A stretch of DNA of 64,000 nucleotides, taken from NCBI GenBank assembly GCA_963769935.1, contig CAVYNY010000013.1, forward strand, positions 192,001-256,000. The letters run 5' to 3'. This stretch comes from an uncultured delta proteobacterium (GTDB lineage Bacteria > Desulfobacterota > Desulfobacteria > Desulfobacterales > JAFDCJ01). The position numbers and the translations under genes are program-made. Positions 7,749 to 17,330 of this stretch are shown piece after piece. The notes below the pieces were generated by a model that had not been told where the DNA came from, made no database searches, and worked only from the letters and a program-made list of their open reading frames with translations. Within the stretch, counting starts at the first letter, position 1. Each line of letters starts with the position of its first letter.

Positions 7749-9152
7749 TCAAGGGCCAAGGGCAACGGACCTGGAGAGGCGAAAGCCGAAATCGCTTAGG
7801 CGGCGGCCGAGCCAGTCGGAGTCGCGGCTCGCCGACCGGCAGAGGGGAGCATCGCAGCCCCAGCAGCCGCCGCGCATCACGCGGACAGCGCCTCTGGGTT
7901 TATCGATCCAGGCACTTCCGTCATCAGGTGCACCGTTGTAGTCCTTATGCCAGTCATCTTCTACCCATTCCCAGACGTTGCCGTGCATATCGTAAAGACC
8001 CCAGCGATTAGGCTTTTTAGTTCCAACCCGATGTGTTTTGGAATCAGAATTTGAACTAAACAATGCGTATTCTGTCAACTTATCCGCGTCGTCTCCAAAG
8101 GAGAACGAAGTCGTTGTTCCCGCGCGCGCTGCATACTCCCACTCAGCCTCGGTCGGCAATCGGTAGGCTTCGCCTCCCTCCATCTCGTTAAGCATATTTA
8201 TGAATTTGTGTGCATCCTCCCAGGAAACCTGTTCAACCGGACAGTCATCTCCGCATTTTTTAAAATTTGAAGGATTATCGAAATCCACCATTACCTTTTT
8301 CCACTGGCCCTGGGTGACTTCAGTCTTTTGCAAATAAAAGGGGCGTGATATTTTTACGGTATGAGAGGGATGCTCACTGGCTTCATCCATCCCAGAACTG
8401 CTGCCCATTGTGAAACTTCCCGCAGATATGAGAACAAACTCCATTCCAATACTGTTTTTGAAAGTTTTTGCGTATTTAGGTTGCAAAAGCGACCAACCTA
8501 TAACGCTGAGTATTGCGATCACCGCTATAGCGACAATTCCAAGGGTTAACCTTTTTTGACGCCGTGATTTTGGGCTGGGAATGGACGGTCGTTCATCAAC
8601 GATTTTGCCTTTAGTTTCTTTGTTCGTACGCTGAACCACAGCATTGCGCTTTAGGTCTTCTTTGTGCTTTCCTTCGACCTCCGCATCTTTCCGCTTCAGT
8701 TCCTTTTCTGCTTTAAGTTTTGCCGCTTCCTTCCGCTCTCGTTCCTCTAACTCAACTGGTGGTTTACCGAGGATACTTACGATGTCAGTGACTAATTTCT
8801 GATACCCAGGGAAACTATCCGAGCCATCCCAATCAAATAGCTGCCCAGCATGAATGCCTTCAAACCGGAATGGAAGATCAACTTCCTCAATTGCAATTGG
8901 CACCAGTTTATTGCGATTCAGAGCAAAGGTGGCCTCATCTTTAACATATCGCGAATTGACTGAAAGTTTCGACCACATAACGATAATGCACTTGGCATCA
9001 TTTAACGCTCTCTCAATGGAATCATCAAAGTGTTCCCCTGCACGAAGTTTGGGGTCCCACCAGACTGACCAACCCGACTTTTGAAGCGCATCCGCCAGCT
9101 TTCTTGCCAGTGGCTGTTCTTCGCGCTTATAACTGATGAATATGTCGCTCAT
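7749..9152 (-). CDS. TIR domain - charged linker - transmembrane helix - FGE-sulfatase (C-type lectin fold) protein
   Basis: N-terminal DIFISY...WWD...WSKLSVNSRYVKDEA (TIR_2); hydrophobic LTLGIVAIAVIAILSVIGWSLL; FxMGS, TEVTQGQW, RLPTEAEWEYAARAG, GLYDMHGNVWEW, RGGxW, GFRL. Confidence 0.93.
   Translation of the reverse strand: MSDIFISYKREEQPLARKLADALQKSGWSVWWDPKLRAGEHFDDSIERALNDAKCIIVMWSKLSVNSRYVKDEATFALNRNKLVPIAIEEVDLPFRFEGIHAGQLFDWDGSDSFPGYQKLVTDIVSILGKPPVELEERERKEAAKLKAEKELKRKDAEVEGKHKEDLKRNAVVQRTNKETKGKIVDERPSIPSPKSRRQKRLTLGIVAIAVIAILSVIGWSLLQPKYAKTFKNSIGMEFVLISAGSFTMGSSSGMDEASEHPSHTVKISRPFYLQKTEVTQGQWKKVMVDFDNPSNFKKCGDDCPVEQVSWEDAHKFINMLNEMEGGEAYRLPTEAEWEYAARAGTTTSFSFGDDADKLTEYALFSSNSDSKTHRVGTKKPNRWGLYDMHGNVWEWVEDDWHKDYNGAPDDGSAWIDKPRGAVRVMRGGCWGCDAPLCRSASRDSDWLGRRLSDFGFRLSRSVALGP
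7752..7892 (-). other. Putative DGR variable region at the 3' end of the TIR-FGE gene
   Basis: Only 9 A in 141 coding-strand nt, with an abrupt GC rise. NNC codons occupy most positions that are AAC/AGC in typical FGE-type template repeats. Confidence 0.7.
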
Positions 9153-9447
9153 ATCTCAACACTGGTCCGTCGGCTATTATTATGCATCTCGTTTTTAACT
9201 GTTTTTCACATAGCTTGCCAGAAGTCCAACTATCAATTTTTATACGATTAATGCAGATAGATTCCGTATGTCAGCACCCTATTTGTGTGAGAATCTGGTG
9301 TAAAATGGAAATGGCTGAATATGAGTGTTATCAGATTAAAAAGTATGAACCAGACCGCCGGCCGTACCGCAATGCTTTTTTGCCAAATTTGAATTTATCG
9401 CATATATCGGAAAGCTAATTACTCAGATACCTATCAATCGTCATAGA

Positions 9448-9684
9448 TCAATGAATGAAATTTTTAGGTGTGGGGTATCCTATAATGCCTCTCAGTTTCC
9501 TGTACGGTAATCGATTTAATCTAAATGTTATTTTCTTGAAGATAGAAAATGATGTGCTGCCGCATAGATCGCATAAGTAGCGTCTCGATCCGGGGATAAT
9601 ACGCATCCAGAATTTGCGCGCAATACGAAACCGAAAAGATCGCAAGCAGGCGGGACATTGGTTTCCAATGGCAAGTCTCTTCAT
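9448..9684 (-). CDS. Small basic protein with CxxC...CxxC (possible Zn ribbon)
   Basis: GGAGG RBS 6 nt before ATG; CPAC and CDLC motifs. Confidence 0.55.
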   Translation of the reverse strand: MKRLAIGNQCPACLRSFRFRIARKFWMRIIPGSRRYLCDLCGSTSFSIFKKITFRLNRLPYRKLRGIIGYPTPKNFIH

Positions 9685-10721
9685 ATCGATCCTCCATCAT
9701 CTGAAATCCTCAGAATTTAAAGAATCTAATTAGCCTTATAACATAATGACAATATTGGTAAAGCGAGCATTTATTTCTGAAGAGATAATAATCAAAATCT
9801 AATGGGTCAGTGCCCTGAGAGCGATAAGGCAGCTGATTAAAGCAATCCGGATGGAATTTCGGCGATGATTTTGAACTCGCTTTAAAAAAATGAAGTGCCT
9901 CAACCAATATTTCAGACACATTGAATTGTTAAGAAAAACTTATTTGATGTGCTCTGAGTTTAGCTTGATTGCAGATAGCTTTTGCCAATAGTTTTAATTC
10001 GACGGTTATTGAAATCTGTAAAGATATAATTCGAATACCAAAACAATTTGGTACTGTCAAATAATGAATAATATTCAGACCAATCTATAATAATCCTATT
10101 CGCAATGACATCTCTATTTGAGTGATAATTGGATTTCCAGCGTCATTAACCCGCTATTGTGCCCTTTTCCTTAATATGGACAATCAAACAGGATTTTAAT
10201 CCATTTTTGGTCCTTTCAGACTCTTTTGACAGGCCGATCGAAAATTAGCCAGTGCAACAGCATGATTTTTGCATAATTGCCCTATTTTGGCCCTTTGGTG
10301 GATAATCAGCCAAGAAAGATAATGGAAAGCTTGAGGGGGGACTTCAAAAAATGAAAAAAAATGTCACAGTCGAAAACCCTGAGACATTTCGTATTTATCT
10401 GGATTATTTGATAATATTTAATTTCGTAAATTCTCTATTTTGTCTATTAATTCCAACGCTCCTTGAAGCATTGGGGCACCTCCTATAGCTATAATTTCCT
10501 AATCAAGCTTGCAAATATATAAAGAAGAGAACTCGCCTCGTTTCTCGCTGTGCCCTGCATCATGTTATTGTTAGCGGTATCGAGCGTCATCGCTGGGGAT
10601 AGATTCGAATCAGGCCTGCCGGTCCGGCAAATTTCCGCCAACGGGTAAAGCCCGCGGGTTATTGAGTTATTGCGCAGTTAAAAACCTGGGTTTCAGTGAT
10701 AGCGAATTATCAAGAAAGCTG

Positions 10722-10892
10722 GGACACAGATCTTCACAGATTTTCACAGATAAATTATTTAAGGTCCGCCTGGCGGCGGGAAGGTGCAGTGCCGCACCGT
10801 CTGCCGGAAGAAATTAGCCTGTTTTTTCCTCGCCGAAGGCGATGGGCTTTATTGGTTCTTGAATCTGTGTGCATCTGTGAAAATCTGTGTCC
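10722..10892. repeat. Element bounded by inverted ~10-mer tandem repeats (CACAGATTTT / ATCTGTG)
   Basis: GGACACAGATCTTCACAGATTTTCACAGAT versus ATCTGTGTGCATCTGTGAAAATCTGTGTCC, just downstream of the ABC operon. Confidence 0.7.
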
Positions 10893-10897
10893 AAAAA

Positions 10898-11728
10898 TTA
10901 CTTTATGCCTGCATACATGAACGACTGGACGAACTGGCGCTGGAAAAGAAGAAAGGCCACAAGAAGCGGCGCCACTGATAACAAAGTGGCCGCGGAAATG
11001 ATGGACCAGTTTACTCCGGATTCCGGGGCCCCAAATATTCCCAGCCCGACAGTCAAGGGCCTTGTCTCCACCGAATTGGTTACGATGAGGGGCCAGAGAA
11101 AATTGTTCCAATGATGGCTGATGGACACTAAACCGTAAGCCAGGTAAGTGGGGCGCGCCAGAGGTACATATACTCGCCATAAAACACCCAGCGTACCGCA
11201 TCCTTCCAGGCGAGCGGCTTCTTCCAGTTCTTTGGGTGTCGATTTGAAGGCCTGCCTCAGAAGAAAGATTCCGAAAGCACTGGCCATGTATGGCAACCCG
11301 ATCCCGAGAATTGTGTCCACCAGACCCAATCGGGCCAGGGTAACGTAGTTTTCTACGATCAGAATTTCCGGTGTGATCATTAACTGGACCAGCACCAGCG
11401 CAAAGGCAATTTTGGCGCCGCGGAACTGATAGCGCGCGAAGGCATAGGCTGCCAGGGTGCACAGAACAAGCTGGGCAGCCAAAATTGTACTGACCAGGAT
11501 GAATGTATTCAACGCATAGCGTGGAAAAGGTGCCTGGGAAAGTGCTTCCCGAAAATTGCTCAGTGTCAACGGAGCCAGAAGCTTGAAATTGACGGCATAT
11601 TCGCCGGGGTGAAAGGCGGCCCAGAAAGCATATGCCAGGGGAGAAATCCAAAGCAAAGCCAGCAGCCAGGCCGCGCCCGTTTCCAACGATGTATGAAACG
11701 CCTGAGAAAAGGACCGTAAATCTTTCAT
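10898..11728 (-). CDS. Carbohydrate ABC transporter permease (UgpE-like)
   Basis: Multiple TM helices, EEAARLEG (EAA motif), HHWNNFLWPLIV. Confidence 0.92.
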   Translation of the reverse strand: MKDLRSFSQAFHTSLETGAAWLLALLWISPLAYAFWAAFHPGEYAVNFKLLAPLTLSNFREALSQAPFPRYALNTFILVSTILAAQLVLCTLAAYAFARYQFRGAKIAFALVLVQLMITPEILIVENYVTLARLGLVDTILGIGLPYMASAFGIFLLRQAFKSTPKELEEAARLEGCGTLGVLWRVYVPLARPTYLAYGLVSISHHWNNFLWPLIVTNSVETRPLTVGLGIFGAPESGVNWSIISAATLLSVAPLLVAFLLFQRQFVQSFMYAGIK

Positions 11729-12603
11729 CGGTAGTGTACCCGCTTGTCCAGAACGAAAAACTGCAGCAGGGCCATAATCGCCAGCAAAATTAGCAAAACG
11801 ACGGTGAGCGCAGCAGCAAAATGTGTTTCGAAGTAAGAAAAGGCGGTTTCGAAAATATAGTAAAGCAAGAGATTGCTGGCGTTGTCAGGACCACCTTTGG
11901 TCAGCACAAATAGATGATCTACCAACTTGAAGGAGTTCAGAACCGCATTGATCAGTACGAACAAGGTGGTCGGCATGAGCAACGGAAACATCACACGACG
12001 GAAGTAATACCAGCGGGTGGCCCCTTCCAGCTGCGAAGCCTCTTTAAGCTCAGGCGGGATGTTTTGCATGGCCGCCAGATAAAAAATCATGAAGAAACCG
12101 GCCTCTTTCCATATTGTCATAACCATGATGGCAGGAAGCACCGTAGCTGGGTCCCCCAGCCAATTGTGACCGGAAAAGCCAAACCATGAAGCAATCTGAT
12201 CGATCAGGCCGATGTCAGGCGTGTAAAAGAACAGCCAGATATTGGCCACGGCGATCATGGGCAGAATCGTCGGCGTAAAATAGGCCATACGTACAAGCGA
12301 TCGTCCCGGAAGGGAACGATTCACAAACAACGCCATTATAATGGCCAAAGCGATGGATGTAGGAATGGTGCCCAAGGCGAACCAGGCATTGTTGGCCAGG
12401 ACCTTCCAGAAAATAGGGTCGGCCAACATGCGCTCATAGTTGGCGGCTCCCACGAAACGAGATGGGCGGATGGCCGTTGCCTTGGAAAACATGCTGTCGA
12501 TCACATTCGCCACTGTTGGATAGTGGGTGAAAGTGATCAGCAAAATCGCAGCGGGCATTAGCAGCAACCAGCCCTGGACATGTCTCGAAGCTCGGGTTCG
12601 CAT
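11725..12603 (-). CDS. Carbohydrate ABC transporter permease (UgpA-like)
   Basis: FVGAANY, EASQLEGA, VLTKGGPDNAS motifs. Confidence 0.92.
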   Translation of the reverse strand: MRTRASRHVQGWLLLMPAAILLITFTHYPTVANVIDSMFSKATAIRPSRFVGAANYERMLADPIFWKVLANNAWFALGTIPTSIALAIIMALFVNRSLPGRSLVRMAYFTPTILPMIAVANIWLFFYTPDIGLIDQIASWFGFSGHNWLGDPATVLPAIMVMTIWKEAGFFMIFYLAAMQNIPPELKEASQLEGATRWYYFRRVMFPLLMPTTLFVLINAVLNSFKLVDHLFVLTKGGPDNASNLLLYYIFETAFSYFETHFAAALTVVLLILLAIMALLQFFVLDKRVHYR

Positions 12604-12682
12604 ATGCTTTCCGGATCGTAAGGAACAATAACGAGCAGCGACCCCAATATCGGTCGTCTGCTCGTATCTTGCTCACGGAGAA

Positions 12683-13960
12683 TTAACGGTATTGCTTCAA
12701 CAAAAGATCAGCCTGTTTCTGGGCTTCCTTCAGGGCTGCTTCGGGCGTCTTTGAACCGGTCAGCGCTGCCTGGATGGCATCATCCAGTAATTTGCGCACC
12801 CGGCCGGTCTGATAAGTGGAAAGCTCGGCGGTCGCATATTTAAGCTGGTCACGTGCGACAGCCGCATACGGAAAGTCCTTGACATAGTCTTTAAGCTGCT
12901 GCGTTTCATACGCTGCCGGGCTTACCCCCATGTAGCCGGTCTTAATGGACCACTCCGCGGAACTTTGTGGACTGGTCATGAATTTGATCAGGCGCATCGC
13001 CGCCTTGCGTTCTTCCGGTGTGGTCTTCTTAAAAATATAGAAATTGCCGCCACCGGTTGGTGTCCCCCGGCGCTTGCTGGCAGGCAGCATCGCCACACCA
13101 AAGTCAAATTTGGCATTGTCTTTCACCGCCGTCAGGTTACCGGTGGAGTGCCACATGATCGCGGTTTTGCCTTCGAGGAAATTCTGCCTCAGGGTCCCCC
13201 ACTCAATGGTCCCTTTGGGCATGATCCGGTACTCCTCTCCGAGGCTTTTCCAGAATTGCAGCGCTCCGATCACGGCCGGATTATCGAAATAGGTGGTATT
13301 GCCATCCCCATTCATCAACACCTGGCCGTTTTGCATGGCCAGTGCACCAAACATCCAGTAAGGATATCCGGTGGAAGGAATCATGACCCCCCACTGGGAA
13401 CCGTCGGGCTTGGTCAGCTTTTTACCCGCAGCCACCATTTCGTCCCAGGTTGCCGGCGGTTTTTCAGGATCCAGGCCGGCCGCACGAAAAGCATCCTTGT
13501 TGTAGTACATGACGATAGTGGAGCGCTGGAAGGGAATACCCCAGGTCTTGCCCGCGGTGCGGCCGTTTTCCATCAGGGCGGGATAGAACGAATTCAGCCA
13601 GGCTTTCTCTTCAGCTGTATTCACCACATCATCAAAGGCAACTATGGCATCCTGCTCGATCAGTTCGTAGATGTCGATAGAGAACATCACCGACAACTGC
13701 GCCGGCTGCCCGCTTTTCAGGGCGGTCAGCGCCTTTATGCGGGCATCATTGTAGTTGCCGGCATAGATGGCTTTGACGGTGATATCCGGGTTCTCTTTCA
13801 TAAAATCGTCAACGATACCGTCGACGATCTTCGTCAACGGTCCACCAACGGCCACCGGATAGTACATGGTCAGTTCCGTGGCTGAAACAGCCGTGACGGC
13901 GGATACTAAAAAAACCGTCGCCATGATCCCAATGCCGATCAATTTTAATCTTTTTAACAT
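12683..13960 (-). CDS. ABC substrate-binding protein (UgpB-like, family 1); start at MLKRLK
   Basis: Signal peptide, YYNKDAFRAAGLDPEKPPATWDE, GGGNFYIF; AGGAGG RBS. Confidence 0.92.
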   Translation of the reverse strand: MLKRLKLIGIGIMATVFLVSAVTAVSATELTMYYPVAVGGPLTKIVDGIVDDFMKENPDITVKAIYAGNYNDARIKALTALKSGQPAQLSVMFSIDIYELIEQDAIVAFDDVVNTAEEKAWLNSFYPALMENGRTAGKTWGIPFQRSTIVMYYNKDAFRAAGLDPEKPPATWDEMVAAGKKLTKPDGSQWGVMIPSTGYPYWMFGALAMQNGQVLMNGDGNTTYFDNPAVIGALQFWKSLGEEYRIMPKGTIEWGTLRQNFLEGKTAIMWHSTGNLTAVKDNAKFDFGVAMLPASKRRGTPTGGGNFYIFKKTTPEERKAAMRLIKFMTSPQSSAEWSIKTGYMGVSPAAYETQQLKDYVKDFPYAAVARDQLKYATAELSTYQTGRVRKLLDDAIQAALTGSKTPEAALKEAQKQADLLLKQYR

Positions 13961-14052
13961 GGTCTTCCTCCTTTTTTGGGGTTGGGTGCTCTGGCCGTAC
14001 GCCTGAGGCACGGTCTGGAATTGCACATCATCGGAAAATGAATTCAATCCGT

Positions 14053-15114
14053 TCAGGCTGACACCTTCAACGGGTCGTCGATACAAATCCCGTCGGAGCC
14101 AAAACGGTGAACTGCCTTTTCGGGCCAGCTGATATGAATCTGTTCACCGGGCTCATAGCCCTGGCGGCCATCAATCTTGGCAAACAGTGTCTGGCCGCCA
14201 TGGATCATGCGCACCACCGTTTCGGCCCCTAAATAGTCGACGGCAGAAATACGCACCGGCAAGCCGTTGGGTCCCACACGCACATCTTCGGGACGCACTC
14301 CGATAAACCCGTCTGACAGGCAATCTGCTGTTAGGGCACCGCCACAGGCCGTGGCCAATGCAGAACGTTCTTCGATTAAATCGATGTTTAACAGGTTCAT
14401 GGGTGGTGAACCCAAAAACTGGGCAGCGAAGGTCGTCCGGGGGCGTTCATAAAGTTCATGGGGCCGCCCTGTCTGCTCGACACGACCTTGCTTCAGCAGC
14501 ACGACCTGGTCCGCCATGGTCATGGCCTCCACCTGATCGTGAGTGACGTATACCATGGTTAGCCCCAGCTTCTGTTGAAGGGTGCGAATCTCGTCGCGCA
14601 TTTCCGCTCTGAGCTTGGCGTCCAGGTTGGATAGTGGTTCATCCATGAGACAAACCCGCCGCCGCGACACAATGGAGCGTGCCAGCGCTACCCGCTGCCG
14701 TTGTCCGCCGGAAAGCTGAGACGGTTTGCGATTTAACAGATCATTCAAGCCCACCATGCCTACGGCTTCTTTGAGTCGGGAGCGTTGATCATCAGATGAA
14801 ATTCTCCGAACCTTTAATCCAAATAAAATATTTTCGCGCACATTGAGATGGGGAAACAAGGCGTATGACTGAAATACCATTGAAACACCGCGCTTTGACG
14901 GGTCCATGTGGGTCATTTCTTTTCCGCCAATGAAAATGGTTCCGGATGTATGCTTTTCCAAACCGGCGATAAGACGCAAGATAGTGGACTTGCCACAACC
15001 GGAGGGGCCCAGCAATACTGTCAGGCTTCCTTCAGGGACCGTAAAAGAAACGTTGTCAACAGCAACGACGGCATCCCATTGTTTGACCAGTTTATGAATA
15101 TCGATACTGCTCAT
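14053..15114 (-). CDS. ABC transporter ATP-binding subunit (UgpC/MalK-like)
   Basis: GPSGCGKST, LSGGQRQR, MDEPLSNLDAKLR, YVTHDQ, C-terminal TOBE-like region. Confidence 0.95.
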   Translation of the reverse strand: MSSIDIHKLVKQWDAVVAVDNVSFTVPEGSLTVLLGPSGCGKSTILRLIAGLEKHTSGTIFIGGKEMTHMDPSKRGVSMVFQSYALFPHLNVRENILFGLKVRRISSDDQRSRLKEAVGMVGLNDLLNRKPSQLSGGQRQRVALARSIVSRRRVCLMDEPLSNLDAKLRAEMRDEIRTLQQKLGLTMVYVTHDQVEAMTMADQVVLLKQGRVEQTGRPHELYERPRTTFAAQFLGSPPMNLLNIDLIEERSALATACGGALTADCLSDGFIGVRPEDVRVGPNGLPVRISAVDYLGAETVVRMIHGGQTLFAKIDGRQGYEPGEQIHISWPEKAVHRFGSDGICIDDPLKVSA

Positions 15115-15119
15115 GGAGA

Positions 15120-15361
15120 TTAATCTCCGCTACCCATGACATCCCGGTTTTCGTTGCACAGACAACCGCCGGCCGCGGTTACCTCGAAAGTGGGGTTGGT
15201 GCAGGCCGGTAGGGCGATGTTGAGATTGTTTGTAAAAACCCTTAAATGTTGATGCTCTAATAACGCTTTGGAAACAATTTTCGGGATAGATCTTCCACAC
15301 GGCTGAAATCCGCTTGACGGACCATCTCGGCAATGTGCGCCGGGCGCTCGGAAAGAAGCAT
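15120..15361 (-). pseudogene. Internally deleted DeoR/GlpR-family regulator
   Basis: MLLSERPAHIAEMVRQADFSRVEDLS (start of a DeoR HTH) joined out of frame to SKALLEHQHLRVFTNNLNIA...FEVTAAGG (DeoR sensor domain), then a stop. Confidence 0.7.
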
Positions 15362-15519
15362 CGATTGAAATGGTTTCGATTTAATATAGGTCGGTTTTCA
15401 TCTGAGCATTTGCTGCAATGTATGCTATTAAAACAGTAAAAATCAAACTAATTTTTGTCTGTTTGGTTTTCATTAGATTGTCATTAGCGTTCAATTAACA
15501 TGCAAATGAAAAAATTTAG

Positions 15520-15763
15520 GCGACGTTACAACCGACGGGGCTATTGCTGGGGGGGGCGCTGGGGAGACCGGTTCAAAAGCGTCATCGTAGAAAACCGCAC
15601 GCGCTATTTTACGGATTCGGGCATCAGCGGGTCAAAGGAGTTTGTGTCGACAAATTACCAGCGGTTTAGGAATCTGTTCTATTCAAAATACGAAAAGAAG
15701 CCAAAACCGATCTAGGGTCCGGATGGGATGTATTCATTAAAGCGACTGTCGGAGGTAATATGA
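15520..15763 (+). pseudogene. Internally deleted Y1/REP-associated tyrosine transposase remnant
   Basis: RYNRRGY..WGDRFKSVIVE fused to RTRYFTDSGISGSKEFV...GMYSLKRLSEVI. The 3' ~140 bp are nearly identical to 22872-23012. Confidence 0.7.
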
Positions 15764-15838
15764 AAACCCGATCTAATTTTATCGTTTCAGTATTTCCCGC
15801 CACTGTAGTTACCCGGTTATCGATTTATGACTTTAACT

Positions 15839-16183
15839 CTATAGAAATTCAATATGATTGATCATGTCTTCTGAACGGAGAACAATCGCCAATGTTTTTA
15901 AATTTCGGATACAATCCCCAATCCTATACGCGGTTTGATGACATTAAATCACCCCGCAGTGTGTCCTACCCTCATCAACCCATTGGGCGGCAATTCGCAG
16001 AAAATCGGTATCATGGGTAAAGATGGTGGCTTTCTCCTCCATGGCAAAAATTAATTGCTCCTCATCAGTCAAACCAAGTTTATCACTATCTCTCGCGGAA
16101 AAAGCGTCAACGCCTCTCCGTTGAAGTCCTTGGGCGATGGCGACATCCACGCTTTCATCGGTGTAGATTCTGATTTCACCCAT
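15839..16183 (-). pseudogene. DUF5615-family PIN-like toxin with one in-frame stop
   Basis: IYTDESV...GLTDEEQL...TIFTHDTDF. After TAA at 15944-15946 the frame continues CHQTAYRIGDCIRNLK...HIEFL to TAG at 15839. Confidence 0.8.
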
Positions 16184-16187
16184 AGAC

Positions 16188-16499
16188 TCAAACCATTTTC
16201 GAGGGAAATTTGCTCTTTAACCGCGTAATGAACTCTGGATCCTGCTTAATGCTTTGATCCAGTTCATCTCTGTGTTCATAATAAAAGGAGAGCGCGTCAT
16301 GGATCTGATAGAGATTCATGTGGGGATGGGATCTGATAATTTCATCCGGAGAACGACCCAATACTTCATATTCAGCGGCAATATCGATTACGCGAGTTCG
16401 GGTTCCTTCAATAATCGGGCTTCCGTTACACACATCCTTATTTTTTATAATATAAGGATGGCTTGTCCTTTCTTCTTTTTTCAAAGCTTGTTCGGACAT
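16188..16499 (-). CDS. DUF433-family antitoxin
   Basis: HPYI...VCNGSPIIEGTRTRV...QIHDALSFYY; lies directly upstream of the DUF5615 gene. Confidence 0.88.
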   Translation of the reverse strand: MSEQALKKEERTSHPYIIKNKDVCNGSPIIEGTRTRVIDIAAEYEVLGRSPDEIIRSHPHMNLYQIHDALSFYYEHRDELDQSIKQDPEFITRLKSKFPSKMV

Positions 16500-16589
16500 G
16501 GACTTTTCCTTTTAATAACTAATTAAAATCATTTGTCTTTGTATTTATCACATTCAAAAAAAGAATGCAAATTCAAATAAAAAAGGAAA

Positions 16590-17330
16590 CAGAGAGAACA
16601 ACCTTGCTGCCCTTGATCAGCTGATCAATGAAATTACTGTCGATGCATACGGCGATGACGAGGAGCTCTGGGCATTTCGGCAGGATTTCGAGGACGAGGT
16701 TATCCTGCCGTAACCCCAAAGCATGCACGCCGCAAGCGTCAACACAAGGTCACAGATGACGACCTCAACCTGAGTAAGCCAGTCGAACTCGTCGTCGTTT
16801 CGGTCAAAGAGCGCTCTGCGCGCTGCCGTCTACTGGGGAGCGAGCGAGTCATCACCCTTCGGGCAGGCGGACTCTGGGATGTGGTGCCCGGGGAAATCGT
16901 CACGATCAAGCCCCGCAGGCAGTGGCGCTATGCCGGCCACCCGTACCGCTCCGGAGAGTTTGAATCCACGAGGCTCGATGTGCCCGCACTGGGCCTTGTG
17001 CCGTTACGACTCGAAGAAATTGGGATGTGGGACCCCAAAGAGCACTATTGGGGCGAAGAGGATGAGCCGATGGACAAATGGGCTAAGGGCTCACTCAAAA
17101 ATAACTTCACATTTTATACGCCGATGCATCTCTTACGGCTGCGTTGCGAAAGCTCGGAATATCCAGATATTCCTGCGTTTTCGCGCCTTGCCGGAAGAGC
17201 GCCTCAACACCTAAAACTGTGAATTAATTTTTTCGTGAACCCTAAGCCGATTATCGCCCGTGGTCCGCGTCCGGAATTTAAGATGGAGCAGGTGTTGCCA
17301 GAAGCCGACCCCACAGACCCGTTCTCTTTA
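16590..17330 (+). pseudogene. Fragmented conserved hypothetical gene (CcbP-like N-terminus), deleted and interrupted by a MITE
   Basis: LDQLINEITVDAYGDDEELWAFRQ*, then PVELVVVSVKERSARCRLL...WDPKEHYWGEEDEPMDKWAK / PIIARGPRPEFKMEQVLP, rejoined in frame across the MITE. Confidence 0.6.
17087..17242. mobile_element. 156-bp MITE with ~30-bp imperfect terminal inverted repeats and TAA (or CTAAG) target duplication
   Basis: GGGCTCACTCAAAAATAACTTCACATTTTA versus the reverse complement of the right end, GGGTTCACGAAAAAATTAATTCACAGTTTTA. Removal restores TGG GCT AAG CCG ATT. Confidence 0.85.

Noticed and set aside
10500..10580. attC-like site ending in GTTAGCG
   Set aside because: No matching inverse core or paired stem, and no integron integrase.
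7300..10700. Complete DGR cassette (TR, RT, Avd) near the TIR-FGE gene
   Set aside because: No AAC-rich template copy and no RT motif were found by eye in the window.
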